Virus record (IMG/VR): IMGVR_UViG_3300048839_001082 | Coordinates: 1-64,000 of that record | Direction: 5' to 3' (one strand) | Origin: a virus | Length of the DNA stretch: 64,000 nt | Shown here: piece after piece, positions 1-9,914 of the stretch | Layout of the letters: each line of letters opens with the position of its first letter | Position numbering within the stretch: the stretch's first letter is position 1 | Translations under genes and position numbers: made by a program | The notes under the pieces: generated by a model | What the model saw: only the letters and a program-made list of their open reading frames with translations | What the model was told of the DNA's origin: nothing | Databases searched by the model: none

Positions 1-263
1 CCTTCATTATCATTAGGGGCTGTATCTTTAACTGCTCCTTTAATTGATTCCACATTTACTATCAATGCTCCTTCATTATCATTAGGGGCTGTATCTTTAA
101 CTGCTCCTTTAATTGATTCCACATTTACTATCAATGCTCCTTCATTATCATTAGGGGCTGTATCTTTAACTGCTCCTTTAATTGATTCCACATTTACTAT
201 CAATGCTCCTTCATTATCATTAGGGGCTGTATCTTTAACTGCTCCTTTAATTGATTCCACATT
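1..263 (+). repeat. 69-bp perfect tandem repeat, about 3.8 copies visible, encoding PSLSLGAVSLTAPLIDSTFTINA
   Basis: Units start at 1, 70, 139 and 208 with identical sequence; in frame with the CDS. Confidence 0.95.
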
Positions 264-843
264 CCAAATATTTACAAGTACGTTGACTATGCAAGGAGTG
301 ATTGTTGTATCTTTCTTAACAACAACATCGGTAATTTATCCTCCAGTTTTTATTAGCGATCAGCTGATAACGACGAGTTTCTTGGAAAGTACTTTTAGTG
401 TAATTAGCCCTAAGCTCAATCTGAATGTTGTCACACCCACACTGGGTAGTAACTTTATTGCATTTACACCTGCACTAAATACGACAAATTCAATCACAAG
501 CGCTTTCATTGACTCCGTTTTCCAAGTTTTTAATGCGGGCGTAGTGCCGGGCGCAGTTGCTATAGCAGCACCTGTATTGCCGAGTTCGAATGCTTTCTAT
601 GTACCCAATCTTTCATTAGAAGCAAGTTCATTATCAGCGGCTTATATCGGAATTTCAGGTGCTATTTATGCACCGTCATTGAGTGGAGGCGCTGCTGCAA
701 TTCTCACCACATTAGATATCGAACGTATAGTTGATGCTTTGCTGTTAAGGTTAAATTTGGATATTATCCCGGTGAATGTCAAGAAAATGAACGATGCTTT
801 TGTTCAAGGCGATGGTACAATCAACAATAAATGGAGGGGTTGA
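1..843 (+). CDS. 5'-truncated repeat-containing putative virion protein upstream of the portal
   Basis: Frame 1 is open from base 1 and continues into the 283..843 ORF; Ser/Thr/Ala/Pro-rich with 23-aa repeats; true start lies outside the window. Confidence 0.7.
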   Translation, partial: PSLSLGAVSLTAPLIDSTFTINAPSLSLGAVSLTAPLIDSTFTINAPSLSLGAVSLTAPLIDSTFTINAPSLSLGAVSLTAPLIDSTFQIFTSTLTMQGVIVVSFLTTTSVIYPPVFISDQLITTSFLESTFSVISPKLNLNVVTPTLGSNFIAFTPALNTTNSITSAFIDSVFQVFNAGVVPGAVAIAAPVLPSSNAFYVPNLSLEASSLSAAYIGISGAIYAPSLSGGAAAILTTLDIERIVDALLLRLNLDIIPVNVKKMNDAFVQGDGTINNKWRG

Positions 844-992
844 TGTTTGATGAAAATTCATTTGAACAAAACTCTTTCAGTATTGACAGTTGGTGGTTTT
901 CAATCATTGAATTAATCAAGAAAAAGATAAAAACACTCGCAACAATGCCGAGAAAATACTTGGTATTCCCTCGTTTCAAGATAGGAGGCTGA
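843..992 (+). CDS. small hypothetical protein, 49 aa (MFDENSFEQNSFSIDSWWF...)
   Basis: ATG overlaps the upstream TGA (TGATG coupling); fills the gap before the portal; below the ORF-track cutoff. Confidence 0.55.
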   Translation: MFDENSFEQNSFSIDSWWFSIIELIKKKIKTLATMPRKYLVFPRFKIGG

Positions 993-1015
993 ATGCAGCA
1001 CAATGAAAGGCAATT

Positions 1016-2662
1016 ATGGCTGTCGTGAACGCCTCCCGTGGAGCGAAGACAGTCGCTGATCCGAACGCTAAATATGAATCATTAATGCGAGATTGGCTGG
1101 TATCTCGCGCAATGTGTAGTGGTGAACAATTTGTTAAAGCTTATGATAGTGTCATCGACAATGTGAGTTTTAACAATTTGTTAATTCCATTTTCACCGTC
1201 GATGAGCTCTTTGCAGTATAATTTTTATCGTGCTGAAGCGGAATTGCCTGGAATAACGGCTGAATTTTCAAAAATGATCGTTAGTGGTTTATTGAGAAAG
1301 CCACCAACGATCACGCTTCCACCATCAGTACCTAAAGAAGCTGCTGATTGGATTAAATATACCTTTAATCAAGATAACACTTCTATTGAATCTTTTTTAG
1401 GAACCGGGCTGTGGGAAGAAATTCAAACCAGCAGAGCATGGGTATATGTTGACTACCCTCATGTTATAAATCCTGAAGACTTGACACCAGATGAAAAGAA
1501 AGAATTAAAACCTTATCCAGTCCTTTGGCCCACAGAAACAGTAATAAATTGGAAAATGGGGTTTGACGATTTAGGTAAGCAAGTTCTTAAACAAGTAATT
1601 GTTAGAGGATTTACCGAAGAGTATGGCGATAACGAATTTCACCCTTCAAATATTGAAACTATTAAGGTGCATGAACTCGATGAAAAAGGTGAATATCGAA
1701 TTCGTGTATTTAAAGCTAAAGCAGATGTCGGTGATTTAAAGTTCGTGAATGGGCAGCAGGTGAAAGATATGAAAACCAAGCCTGCTTTTGAGCATGTTGA
1801 AACATTAGATAAAATTTTAGTTAACAGTGAGCGCTTGAAATTTATTCCGGCTTGGCCTCTTAATGGGCAAGTAGAGCCATCTCCGCCCATGCTCAATGCG
1901 GTGATTAACAAAGAAATTGCACTTTATAATAAAATCAGTCGACGTAACCACTTGTTATATGGTGCCGCGACTTATACGCCGGTGATCATTGCGGATATGT
2001 CTGATGAGGATTTTGAAGAAATTGTCAATAGTGGTTTAGGCACTTGGATTAAACTACCCGCTGGCAGTTCAGCTGAAATTCTTCAAACACCGACTGAAGC
2101 GTTAGCAGATATGGACAGAGCAATTATGTCCAGTATTGAAGAGATGGCAAAGCTCGGCATTCGAATGTTGACACCTGAAGCTGATCAATCCGGTATTGCT
2201 TTAGAGATTCGGAATGCTGCTCAAACTGCCAGACTTGGCACATTAAGTTCAAAAGTCTCTAGCGTGATGCAGCAAATAATTGCCTTCATGTTAGAATGGC
2301 GTTATGGCATTGTTGTGAAAGCTTCTGAAGTTGTGTTTAAATTATCTGAAGACTTTAATGCTACACCGTTCGGAGCTGATTGGATGCGATTGGCCACTGA
2401 GTGGTATCAACAAGGTCTTATTCCCAGATCTATTTGGGTACAAATGCTTAAGCAAAACGATATGTTGCCTTCCGATTATGATGATAAGGAAGGTCAGAAA
2501 GAGATTGACGAAGAGCAACTGATTGACAGACAAGCAGAAAATGATGATTTTGCTGATAGAGCAAAGTTAGAGTACAAATTGCTTGAAGAAGCTCCTGAAG
2601 TTGCTTTTGAAAAACGTAAGGAAGTGCCTGTTTCGAATAAAAAGAAACAAGCTGATTCGTAA
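1016..2662 (+). CDS. portal protein (DUF4055-like)
   Basis: 548 aa, first gene of the head module; YVDYP and E-V-INW motifs typical of this portal class; acidic C-terminus. Confidence 0.8.
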   Translation: MAVVNASRGAKTVADPNAKYESLMRDWLVSRAMCSGEQFVKAYDSVIDNVSFNNLLIPFSPSMSSLQYNFYRAEAELPGITAEFSKMIVSGLLRKPPTITLPPSVPKEAADWIKYTFNQDNTSIESFLGTGLWEEIQTSRAWVYVDYPHVINPEDLTPDEKKELKPYPVLWPTETVINWKMGFDDLGKQVLKQVIVRGFTEEYGDNEFHPSNIETIKVHELDEKGEYRIRVFKAKADVGDLKFVNGQQVKDMKTKPAFEHVETLDKILVNSERLKFIPAWPLNGQVEPSPPMLNAVINKEIALYNKISRRNHLLYGAATYTPVIIADMSDEDFEEIVNSGLGTWIKLPAGSSAEILQTPTEALADMDRAIMSSIEEMAKLGIRMLTPEADQSGIALEIRNAAQTARLGTLSSKVSSVMQQIIAFMLEWRYGIVVKASEVVFKLSEDFNATPFGADWMRLATEWYQQGLIPRSIWVQMLKQNDMLPSDYDDKEGQKEIDEEQLIDRQAENDDFADRAKLEYKLLEEAPEVAFEKRKEVPVSNKKKQADS

Positions 2663-2680
2663 TCACTCTAAAGGATTAAA

Positions 2681-3181
2681 ATGGCTGAAACCACAAGTCA
2701 AACATACAACACCGATATCGATGGCTTAGTCCGTCGTATCGATCGCATTATCACTGAAGTCATTAAGAGCCAATCGTCGGGTGTTAGCCAAACGATTAGC
2801 TTCGATGTCGTTCGTGCTAAGGCTTATGTTGAGAGTTTGCGTAGCTATATCGACTATGTTACTTCACAACCCTTGATGGATCTCCCGGAGACTGGTCCGC
2901 GTGCCATCTCAATGTTGCCTAAGGTTGTGATCCCGCGTCTCGAGAACGAGTCATCGTATGATATGGCTACGATGTTCGATCTGATGCGTGATGAGATGGC
3001 AGGTTCTAATTCAAGTCGCCTTCCTTCAGGCCTCATCAGCCATGATGAAGTTCGTGCTCGTTCGTATTTGGTACGTATTGATAATTTCATCAATGGTTAT
3101 ATTACCGTGATTGATCCTCTGGATCTTCCGGAATCTTCACCGATGACTCCTGTTTCAGGTCCCGGTAAGCAAGGCGTTTAA
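2681..3181 (+). CDS. hypothetical, probably virion protein with an internal two-fold repeat
   Basis: AAGGA RBS; duplicated S-S...D-VRA...DLPE-P motif; followed by a terminator. Confidence 0.7.
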   Translation: MAETTSQTYNTDIDGLVRRIDRIITEVIKSQSSGVSQTISFDVVRAKAYVESLRSYIDYVTSQPLMDLPETGPRAISMLPKVVIPRLENESSYDMATMFDLMRDEMAGSNSSRLPSGLISHDEVRARSYLVRIDNFINGYITVIDPLDLPESSPMTPVSGPGKQGV

Positions 3182-3185
3182 ACCC

Positions 3186-3207
3186 AAAGGCCCTTCGGGG
3201 CCTTTTT
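3186..3207 (+). terminator. intrinsic terminator
   Basis: AAAGGCCC-TTCG-GGGCCTTT followed by T run. Confidence 0.8.
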
Positions 3208-3210
3208 ATT

Positions 3211-6200
3211 ATGACTAATGTTAACACAAAAATCTACGACAAGGCGATAGATCGTGCCGCAATGGTGAGACTGTATGAGCGTAGAGTGAATAGCAAAGTC
3301 GCTAAAGATCTCGATGATCATATTGTTCGTTTAGATAGTCTGATTAGAAAGACAGATAAGCTTAATAACCCTGCCTTAATGGATGGAATTGACCTTGAAC
3401 TTTTAAACACTTATAAAAATACCTTAAACACAACTAAAAGATCTCTTTTAGATTTATTCACTGATCAAGTATCATATGCCTACCAAAATATTGAAGTGGC
3501 CATGGGTCATATTTGGGAAACTGAAAGACCTCATACACGATTAGCTGAAGATGTTGTTTTAAAGAGATCTCTAGTGGGTGACAAGACATTGGCCGGAAGT
3601 TGGGCGGGTGTTAGTTATAATGAAAGACTTCGATTACAAGCTATAATTCGTAAAGGTATTGCAGAAGGTGAAACCGTCGATAAGATTGCCCTTGCCATTA
3701 GAAAAGGCAATCTACATCGAATCACACGTTCACAATCTAGAGCATTAGTCGTGACTTCAATAACTAGTGTGGCTTCTCAAGCAGACCAGGCTGTTTACTT
3801 AGCGAATGAAAAGGCAATTCGTGGTTATCAATACGTGGCTGTGTTGGATAGTAGAACCACGTTACTTTGTTCTCATCGTGACGGTAAAATCTTTCCTGTT
3901 GAAGACACTGTTCACTTGCCTCCGGCGCATATAAACTGCAGATCAACCACTGTTCCTGTAATGGCATCTTGGGAAGATCTCGCTAAATTGGAAGGCGTGG
4001 CTCAAGTTAGACGTAAGAATATTGAAAAATTGAGTAAGCGACAAATTGCATATTATGATGGCCTTACACCGCTTAAAGAAAGTTATAATGACTGGCTGCT
4101 TAGGCAGCCTAAAGAGGTACAATTACGTCATTTGGGTGATTATAAGCGTGTTGAGCTTTTTAATACTGGTGAGCTCACCGTGGATAAGTTTTCCAATGCT
4201 GAGGGTAACTCCGTAGGTATTCGCGAATTAAGAGCAATTACTGAAGCAGGTTATACAATACCTGGTGACACTAAACGATTTGCGGCTGCTAAAGCACAAT
4301 TAGATTCAATGCAATTAGGTGCTTCAAAACCTGAAGATTTCTTTATTGATAAAAAGTTAGTGAAAACACTTGAAGATTATTATGTGCTTCAATCTAAAGA
4401 GCTCGGTGGTACTTTATCATTAACTAATTATCGTGGCGCTTTGATTCATACCAAAAAGAGCATGAAATCTCGTGTGCTCACTTCTCCACCTAGAGAGGAT
4501 CAACTCAAATTTAACCCGATTACTGGAAGATATGAAGATGTTCGATTGTATCAACCCAATCCTGGCGTATTAGCTAATAATCTTAAACTTGTTGAAGAAA
4601 GCGATGTTCTTCTAGCGAAAGACAAAGAATTCTTATTGCAATTTTCAGACTCTCTAAAAGATCGTATGAGTGTGAATGAGCGAGCTGTGGTAGTTGACAA
4701 TTTAAGAATTTTGTTTACTCGTTATCGGAATAATAAAGAAATTTGGGGTAATTTCAAAGCTGTATCTCAGGCTCAGATTAAGTTTGATGTGATGAACGTA
4801 TCTGACGCAATAGAAACACAGATTAGGAAAGATTCAGATATTCTTAAGAAATTGCTTCAAGATAATTATATTGATCCGGTTTTAGGTCCCACTCAACTTG
4901 AGGAGTTACAAGCCACCTTTCTCAGTAACATTCGAGAAAGAAATCTTTGGGAAGATAGAGTTGCACCAGGAATTGCAAAGAAACTTCGTTCAACCTTTGA
5001 TCTTACTATTGCTAAGAAAGTGCCCACTGTCTGGGGCAGACTTTCTGATAGAGAACTGCAGCAATTTTATCTCAAGTTTGCCCATAGACTCAGCCTCGCA
5101 GACTCTCCAGACAGAGATCAATTCGCAGTTCAACTAGGTAGAGATCTTTATAATTTAGCTAATTATAATGGTGATCGTAGAAAGTGGTATGAACTTGGAA
5201 TGGCGATTTTAGAAACCAAGAAGGTTCATCGTTTCTTCGAGATTGAAACATTCGGTGTTCAAAAGCGTCGGATGAAAAGTCGAATGAGCGGCAATTATTT
5301 TGGACCCTATTACGATACTGTTGCTTACAATATCAGAGTGACCGACCCAAAAATACAAAGATATTCTCAATTAACTCGTAAGATCGATGTTGGCCTCAGA
5401 GTGGCTGTGATTGATCCTAAGAATCGTCTTGTGGTTAGAGAAGGTTATAAGACATACTTTATTGATCGTGGTTTACTTGGTTATGAAGATACTCGAATCC
5501 CTATTACTTCAACACACAGTTTTAGTGATTTCCCGGAAGAAATGGTGGATAAGAGTCTAGTCGATGCACTAAATTGGGCCGGTAAAACTGAGTATAAAAT
5601 CGATGAGGACTATCATGATTTTATCAGAAAGTTGTTATATTTTGAAGATGACAAAGGGAAGGCCAAATATTATAATGAGCTTAATGAGTATCGAAAGTTT
5701 ATTGCAGCTAGAGGCGATTCTTATGAACGATTCAAAGCAATGGAATGGCTTCGAAATTCAGGAAAGTCATTTAGCAACCATCCTTTCATCGATCACAGAG
5801 CCCGTATATATGATCGTGGAATGATCTCTCCACAATCCGGTGAAACCTTTCGACCTTTCTTAAATACCACTGAACCTAAGATTTTAGGAATTGATGGATA
5901 TGAAAATCTACAAGACCAAATAGGATCCTTTTTGGGTGGTTTGAACGATCGACTTGAAGGCAGGTTTAATTCGCTGACAGTGACAGGTAGACAAAAAATA
6001 GCTCAAAAGTGGAAAGCTGATTTAGTGAAAATCGGCAATCACATGTTAAGAGGGAAGCCTGGAGATATACGTGCAATACTCGAGTCGGAAATTACGAAAG
6101 ATATAGATGGTGAAGATATCGGAAAATTTTACAGATTCGCTATTGAGCAAGCCAAGCTCGATAATTATTTGGGCGGTGACTATTCTATCCGTAATCTTAA

Positions 6201-7887
6201 TAAGCTTAACAATTATCGCACTTCTCTTGCCTTAGAGCAAGATGCTTCTTCTTCAGGCGCTCAAATAATCGCAATTACAACACGTAATAAACAATTGGCG
6301 GAACTAAGCAATGTCATCCCAACAACTCAAAAGAAACGATTGTACGACGAAATTGCTGCTGCCACTTTCAATGATCCCCGGTTTAAAAATCTCAATAAGA
6401 AATTGGGACTATCGGAGAAGGATCTTCGAAAAGCGGCGAAAGCTCAAAATATGGTTACATTCTACGGAGCAGGCGAACGCACCGGAATCTTAAATGTTGA
6501 AGGGAAGTTGAGCAAAGTCCTTGGAAAAGATACAAATACTTTAGTAGTCAAGGCAGCGGATCGAGATACAGTACTCAACGAAATTTCAGCTCAAATTGCA
6601 AGATATGAGAAGTTTGATCTTGATACTGCAGAAGAGCTTCGATTACTAAGGAATAACGTTAAAGATATCTTTAACAAAGGACTTGATCCTGGTGATGATA
6701 TTCTTGAACAACTCTATTTCTTGCAACCACAAACACGTGAACTTGTTGAGAGAATGTCAACGAATTATGAACGAGTGGTAACCCCTGATGATTTTAAACA
6801 AGTCGCGAAAATCATGAGTGAGCATCTCGCGGAACAAGTGCCCATTCTCAAAGAATTCACTAAGTTTTATGGTAGATTGGCTGAAGACTTTTTAAAGAAT
6901 TCAAAACCATCTAAGAGCGATTTCGATTGGGAAAGTATTGCTAAAACAAGCATTCGAGGCTCTAAGTCTAAAGGTTATGTTTTGCCTGATGTGGTAAGTC
7001 GTATTTTAGGTATAAAAGCTAGAGAGCCTGTATCTGAAAAAGTTTTGAGACGTTTTGGTTTTTGGAAACCTGACGGAACATTAAGTGAAATTCTCTATGG
7101 GGTCCCTTCTCCCGAAGATCGTAGAACAGGCGCCAAATTTATGAAACTTGAGATACTAACACCTACACTTCCGACTCCAGAAAATCTATTGAAAGGTAAA
7201 TTTTTATCTGAGCAAAAAATATCAGGTGTTGAGGTCTTCTATGCTAATAAATTGCCTAAAAGCTGGACAAACGTTCCTTCTGCTAATTTTGATGGAAAAA
7301 TTATAGAACAAAATTTCACTCAAACTTTTGAAGAGCGTTTATTCTATAAAAATCCTGACGGTACTTGGACAACGAACATTCTACAAGTTCTTCAAAAGAC
7401 TTCTTCTAATTGGTGGGAAGAAGCAGCAAATAAAATAGGTAAGATAAATGATATTGCGGATGCTACTAAAGCTAGAACAGCTTTTGGTGTTAACGCTAAT
7501 CATTCCAATGATGCTGTATTGGTGAAGAAATTTCATTTGTGGGGTAAGCGTGAAGGTGTTCCAACTTCCACGATTCATGACGCTTTCTTCGCGAATGCAG
7601 CTGATATGCTTAAAGCTAGAAAGGCTTTACGTACAATCTATGCTGAAGCTTTAAAGAATAATGTTATCAAACTTACATTAGATGAGATGTTAGCTAGAGG
7701 ACTTCCCAGACATCTTTATGATCAATATCTAAAAGAAGCCATAGATTCTGGTCTGATCCCTGTAGAAGGTATTTCCAAGATCAATGGAAGAACAATGAAA
7801 AAGAATGATATTCTCAATGAAGATGATATTTTGAAACCCGTTCCTGACGGTTTTAAAACGGACTATAGCTGGTATGGAGTTGGCTGA
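3211..7887 (+). CDS. MuF/SPP1 gp7-like head morphogenesis domain fused to a T7-like single-subunit RNA polymerase (putative virion RNAP)
   Basis: N-terminal AVLDSRTT..C...DG...PPAHINCRST (MuF). C-terminal DHRARIY, motif A EQDASSSGAQ, motif B RKAAKAQNMVTFYG, NANHSNDA, motif C TIHDAF. Confidence 0.9.
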   Translation: MTNVNTKIYDKAIDRAAMVRLYERRVNSKVAKDLDDHIVRLDSLIRKTDKLNNPALMDGIDLELLNTYKNTLNTTKRSLLDLFTDQVSYAYQNIEVAMGHIWETERPHTRLAEDVVLKRSLVGDKTLAGSWAGVSYNERLRLQAIIRKGIAEGETVDKIALAIRKGNLHRITRSQSRALVVTSITSVASQADQAVYLANEKAIRGYQYVAVLDSRTTLLCSHRDGKIFPVEDTVHLPPAHINCRSTTVPVMASWEDLAKLEGVAQVRRKNIEKLSKRQIAYYDGLTPLKESYNDWLLRQPKEVQLRHLGDYKRVELFNTGELTVDKFSNAEGNSVGIRELRAITEAGYTIPGDTKRFAAAKAQLDSMQLGASKPEDFFIDKKLVKTLEDYYVLQSKELGGTLSLTNYRGALIHTKKSMKSRVLTSPPREDQLKFNPITGRYEDVRLYQPNPGVLANNLKLVEESDVLLAKDKEFLLQFSDSLKDRMSVNERAVVVDNLRILFTRYRNNKEIWGNFKAVSQAQIKFDVMNVSDAIETQIRKDSDILKKLLQDNYIDPVLGPTQLEELQATFLSNIRERNLWEDRVAPGIAKKLRSTFDLTIAKKVPTVWGRLSDRELQQFYLKFAHRLSLADSPDRDQFAVQLGRDLYNLANYNGDRRKWYELGMAILETKKVHRFFEIETFGVQKRRMKSRMSGNYFGPYYDTVAYNIRVTDPKIQRYSQLTRKIDVGLRVAVIDPKNRLVVREGYKTYFIDRGLLGYEDTRIPITSTHSFSDFPEEMVDKSLVDALNWAGKTEYKIDEDYHDFIRKLLYFEDDKGKAKYYNELNEYRKFIAARGDSYERFKAMEWLRNSGKSFSNHPFIDHRARIYDRGMISPQSGETFRPFLNTTEPKILGIDGYENLQDQIGSFLGGLNDRLEGRFNSLTVTGRQKIAQKWKADLVKIGNHMLRGKPGDIRAILESEITKDIDGEDIGKFYRFAIEQAKLDNYLGGDYSIRNLNKLNNYRTSLALEQDASSSGAQIIAITTRNKQLAELSNVIPTTQKKRLYDEIAAATFNDPRFKNLNKKLGLSEKDLRKAAKAQNMVTFYGAGERTGILNVEGKLSKVLGKDTNTLVVKAADRDTVLNEISAQIARYEKFDLDTAEELRLLRNNVKDIFNKGLDPGDDILEQLYFLQPQTRELVERMSTNYERVVTPDDFKQVAKIMSEHLAEQVPILKEFTKFYGRLAEDFLKNSKPSKSDFDWESIAKTSIRGSKSKGYVLPDVVSRILGIKAREPVSEKVLRRFGFWKPDGTLSEILYGVPSPEDRRTGAKFMKLEILTPTLPTPENLLKGKFLSEQKISGVEVFYANKLPKSWTNVPSANFDGKIIEQNFTQTFEERLFYKNPDGTWTTNILQVLQKTSSNWWEEAANKIGKINDIADATKARTAFGVNANHSNDAVLVKKFHLWGKREGVPTSTIHDAFFANAADMLKARKALRTIYAEALKNNVIKLTLDEMLARGLPRHLYDQYLKEAIDSGLIPVEGISKINGRTMKKNDILNEDDILKPVPDGFKTDYSWYGVG

Positions 7888-7889
7888 AT

Positions 7890-7909
7890 AAAGCTGTTAT
7901 ATTAACCCA
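7890..7909 (+). promoter_or_regulatory. candidate phage RNAP promoter, class CTGTT-N4-WAACCC, upstream of scaffold/capsid genes
   Basis: AAAGCTGTTATATTAACCCA matches 32550..32569 at 19 of 20 positions. Confidence 0.6.
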
Positions 7910-7986
7910 GATGACCTATTTCAAAAGTCATTTGAAATTTTAACAAGGGTTGTACCCTTAAATGAGTAGTACTCAAAGGATTGAAA

Positions 7987-8652
7987 ATGCCTGATCAGAA
8001 TAAAGACGACACGTCTGAGATTGAAAACAAGGAAGAGCATAAAGAAGACAAACAGGAAACGGTTGTACCGCCTGACGTCGAAGAAATTGTTCAAAAGAAG
8101 ATTGCGGAAGCTCTCAAACCCATTAAATCTAATTTAGATAAAGCATATCAAGCAAGAGATGCTGCTTTAGACAAAATTAAGGAGTTTGAGAAAAAACAAA
8201 GAGAAGAAGAGCTCTTGAAACTTCAAGAAGCTGGAAAGCATAAAGAAGCTTTTGAATTACAACTTGCCGAAGAAAAAAGACTAAGAGAAGCCGCCGAAGC
8301 AAAAGCTGTCGAGTTGACACGAGACATGACGCTTAAAGGCGAATTGGGCGCTCTAAAATTTAGAAACAACAATGCTATGGAAATGGCATTCAGAGAGATC
8401 GTCCCACAATTGGTTAAAGATGCAAACGGTAATTGGGTGCATCGCTCCGGTATTAGTATTCAAGACTTCGTGCAAGGCTTCGCTGATAATCAAGACAATA
8501 CTTTCTTGTTTACTCAACGTGTCTCTACAGGATCAGGTTCAGGACCCGTAGCTCCTTCACCCGGTAGCAAAGGTGACAAGTCACTTTTTGAACTATCGCA
8601 GGAAGAAGTTTTAAAATTAGCTAGAGAAGGAAAACTTCCGAGGCGTAGATAA
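7987..8652 (+). CDS. capsid scaffolding protein
   Basis: Charged coiled-coil protein with Gly/Ser/Pro tail directly upstream of the major capsid gene; TTG at 7981 is an alternative start. Confidence 0.75.
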   Translation: MPDQNKDDTSEIENKEEHKEDKQETVVPPDVEEIVQKKIAEALKPIKSNLDKAYQARDAALDKIKEFEKKQREEELLKLQEAGKHKEAFELQLAEEKRLREAAEAKAVELTRDMTLKGELGALKFRNNNAMEMAFREIVPQLVKDANGNWVHRSGISIQDFVQGFADNQDNTFLFTQRVSTGSGSGPVAPSPGSKGDKSLFELSQEEVLKLAREGKLPRRR

Positions 8653-8663
8653 CTAGGAACATA

Positions 8664-9905
8664 ATGGGCGTTAAGACTAACCTTGCCGGTGCTACTAATA
8701 CTAGCAACCCCGGCGAACATAACTTTGTTTTACAAGAGGCCATTACTGGATATAGTGATGAAGCTTATACGACAGCTAAAAAGTTGTCTGGTACGGGCAT
8801 TGTCGGTTCTAATCCGAATATTGATACTTCGACGGAAACGTTCATTGGTCAAGTTCGTTGGTTCAAGCCGATGGATCATGTCGTGAACGTTGCTTCTCTG
8901 ACTGATTCGTCAGAAGGCGATTATGCGACGTATAGCTCCGACTATCTGCGTTACGTCAAGACTGTTCGTACGCACGGTGGCAAGAAGATCAATCTGCAAC
9001 AAGTCGTGACTCAACAAGACGGTCTGGCGAAGATCGGGCGTGATTTCGCTGAGACACGCGCCCAAGATGAGCATAATGCCATTTTGGCAGTTCTGCGCGG
9101 CGTGGCTTTGGCTGAACTTTTGAATGGCTGTGCAGCGGCATCTGGTGCTACAGGTCTTGGTGGCCAAACTTTCACCAATGATCCTGAAGACAAGAAGTAT
9201 GGCTTTTATGTCGATCTTGGTGCTGAGAAGTTGATTTCATTACCTGGAACGACACCCGCCGGTGTGGCAAACGCCGCTTACGTCGGCGCTCAACGCGCAG
9301 AAGGTTTCCTGAAGGCTTTCGGTATGGCTTATAAAGACTATGAGCCGGAATGGGCATATTTAGTTGTTTCACCTGAAGTCAAGGCTTCGTTACGTTCAGC
9401 GAATTTGGTTGATAGTGACGGTGTCGTTGAAGCCAATGTCAAGTTTGATACGATTTTCGGCGGCAAATTCAGACTTATCCAGACGCGCGCTTCACAAGGC
9501 TTCTCCGGTGCTGAAATTGATAAGATTCAGACTGGTGCGGGCACTGCTGAACTGACTGACGGCTCGAAGACGTCTTTCATTGTGTTGCCGGGTGCGCTTG
9601 CGATGCAGCAACTCGCTATTCCCGAGCCGACTGAAATTGAACGTAAAGCTGGAGCCTTTAAAGGCGGTGGCACCACGGCCATTTGGCATCGTTGGGGTTA
9701 TGTGCTTGCGCCTGTTGGCTATGATTGGATTGGCAGTGATGCTGCTTTTCCGAGCAATGCAAACTATTACGATGTTGTCGAAGGTGGCACTCAAAAGGCT
9801 CTTGCTTCTGTCGGTTCCGGCACACTTGCGGCCACTACGGGTGTTTGGTCACGTAAGACCAAGTCAGCACTCAGCCTGGGCATTCTTCCGGTCTTTCACG
9901 CTTAA
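8664..9905 (+). CDS. major capsid protein
   Basis: 413 aa; lies between scaffold and head-tail adaptor; high-expression codon usage; GGG...W.RWGY C-terminal pattern. Confidence 0.8.
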   Translation: MGVKTNLAGATNTSNPGEHNFVLQEAITGYSDEAYTTAKKLSGTGIVGSNPNIDTSTETFIGQVRWFKPMDHVVNVASLTDSSEGDYATYSSDYLRYVKTVRTHGGKKINLQQVVTQQDGLAKIGRDFAETRAQDEHNAILAVLRGVALAELLNGCAAASGATGLGGQTFTNDPEDKKYGFYVDLGAEKLISLPGTTPAGVANAAYVGAQRAEGFLKAFGMAYKDYEPEWAYLVVSPEVKASLRSANLVDSDGVVEANVKFDTIFGGKFRLIQTRASQGFSGAEIDKIQTGAGTAELTDGSKTSFIVLPGALAMQQLAIPEPTEIERKAGAFKGGGTTAIWHRWGYVLAPVGYDWIGSDAAFPSNANYYDVVEGGTQKALASVGSGTLAATTGVWSRKTKSALSLGILPVFHA

Positions 9906-9914
9906 GAGCTTAGC

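Noticed and set aside
1-263. CRISPR array
   Set aside because: Units are contiguous and identical with no spacers, and they are in-frame coding repeats
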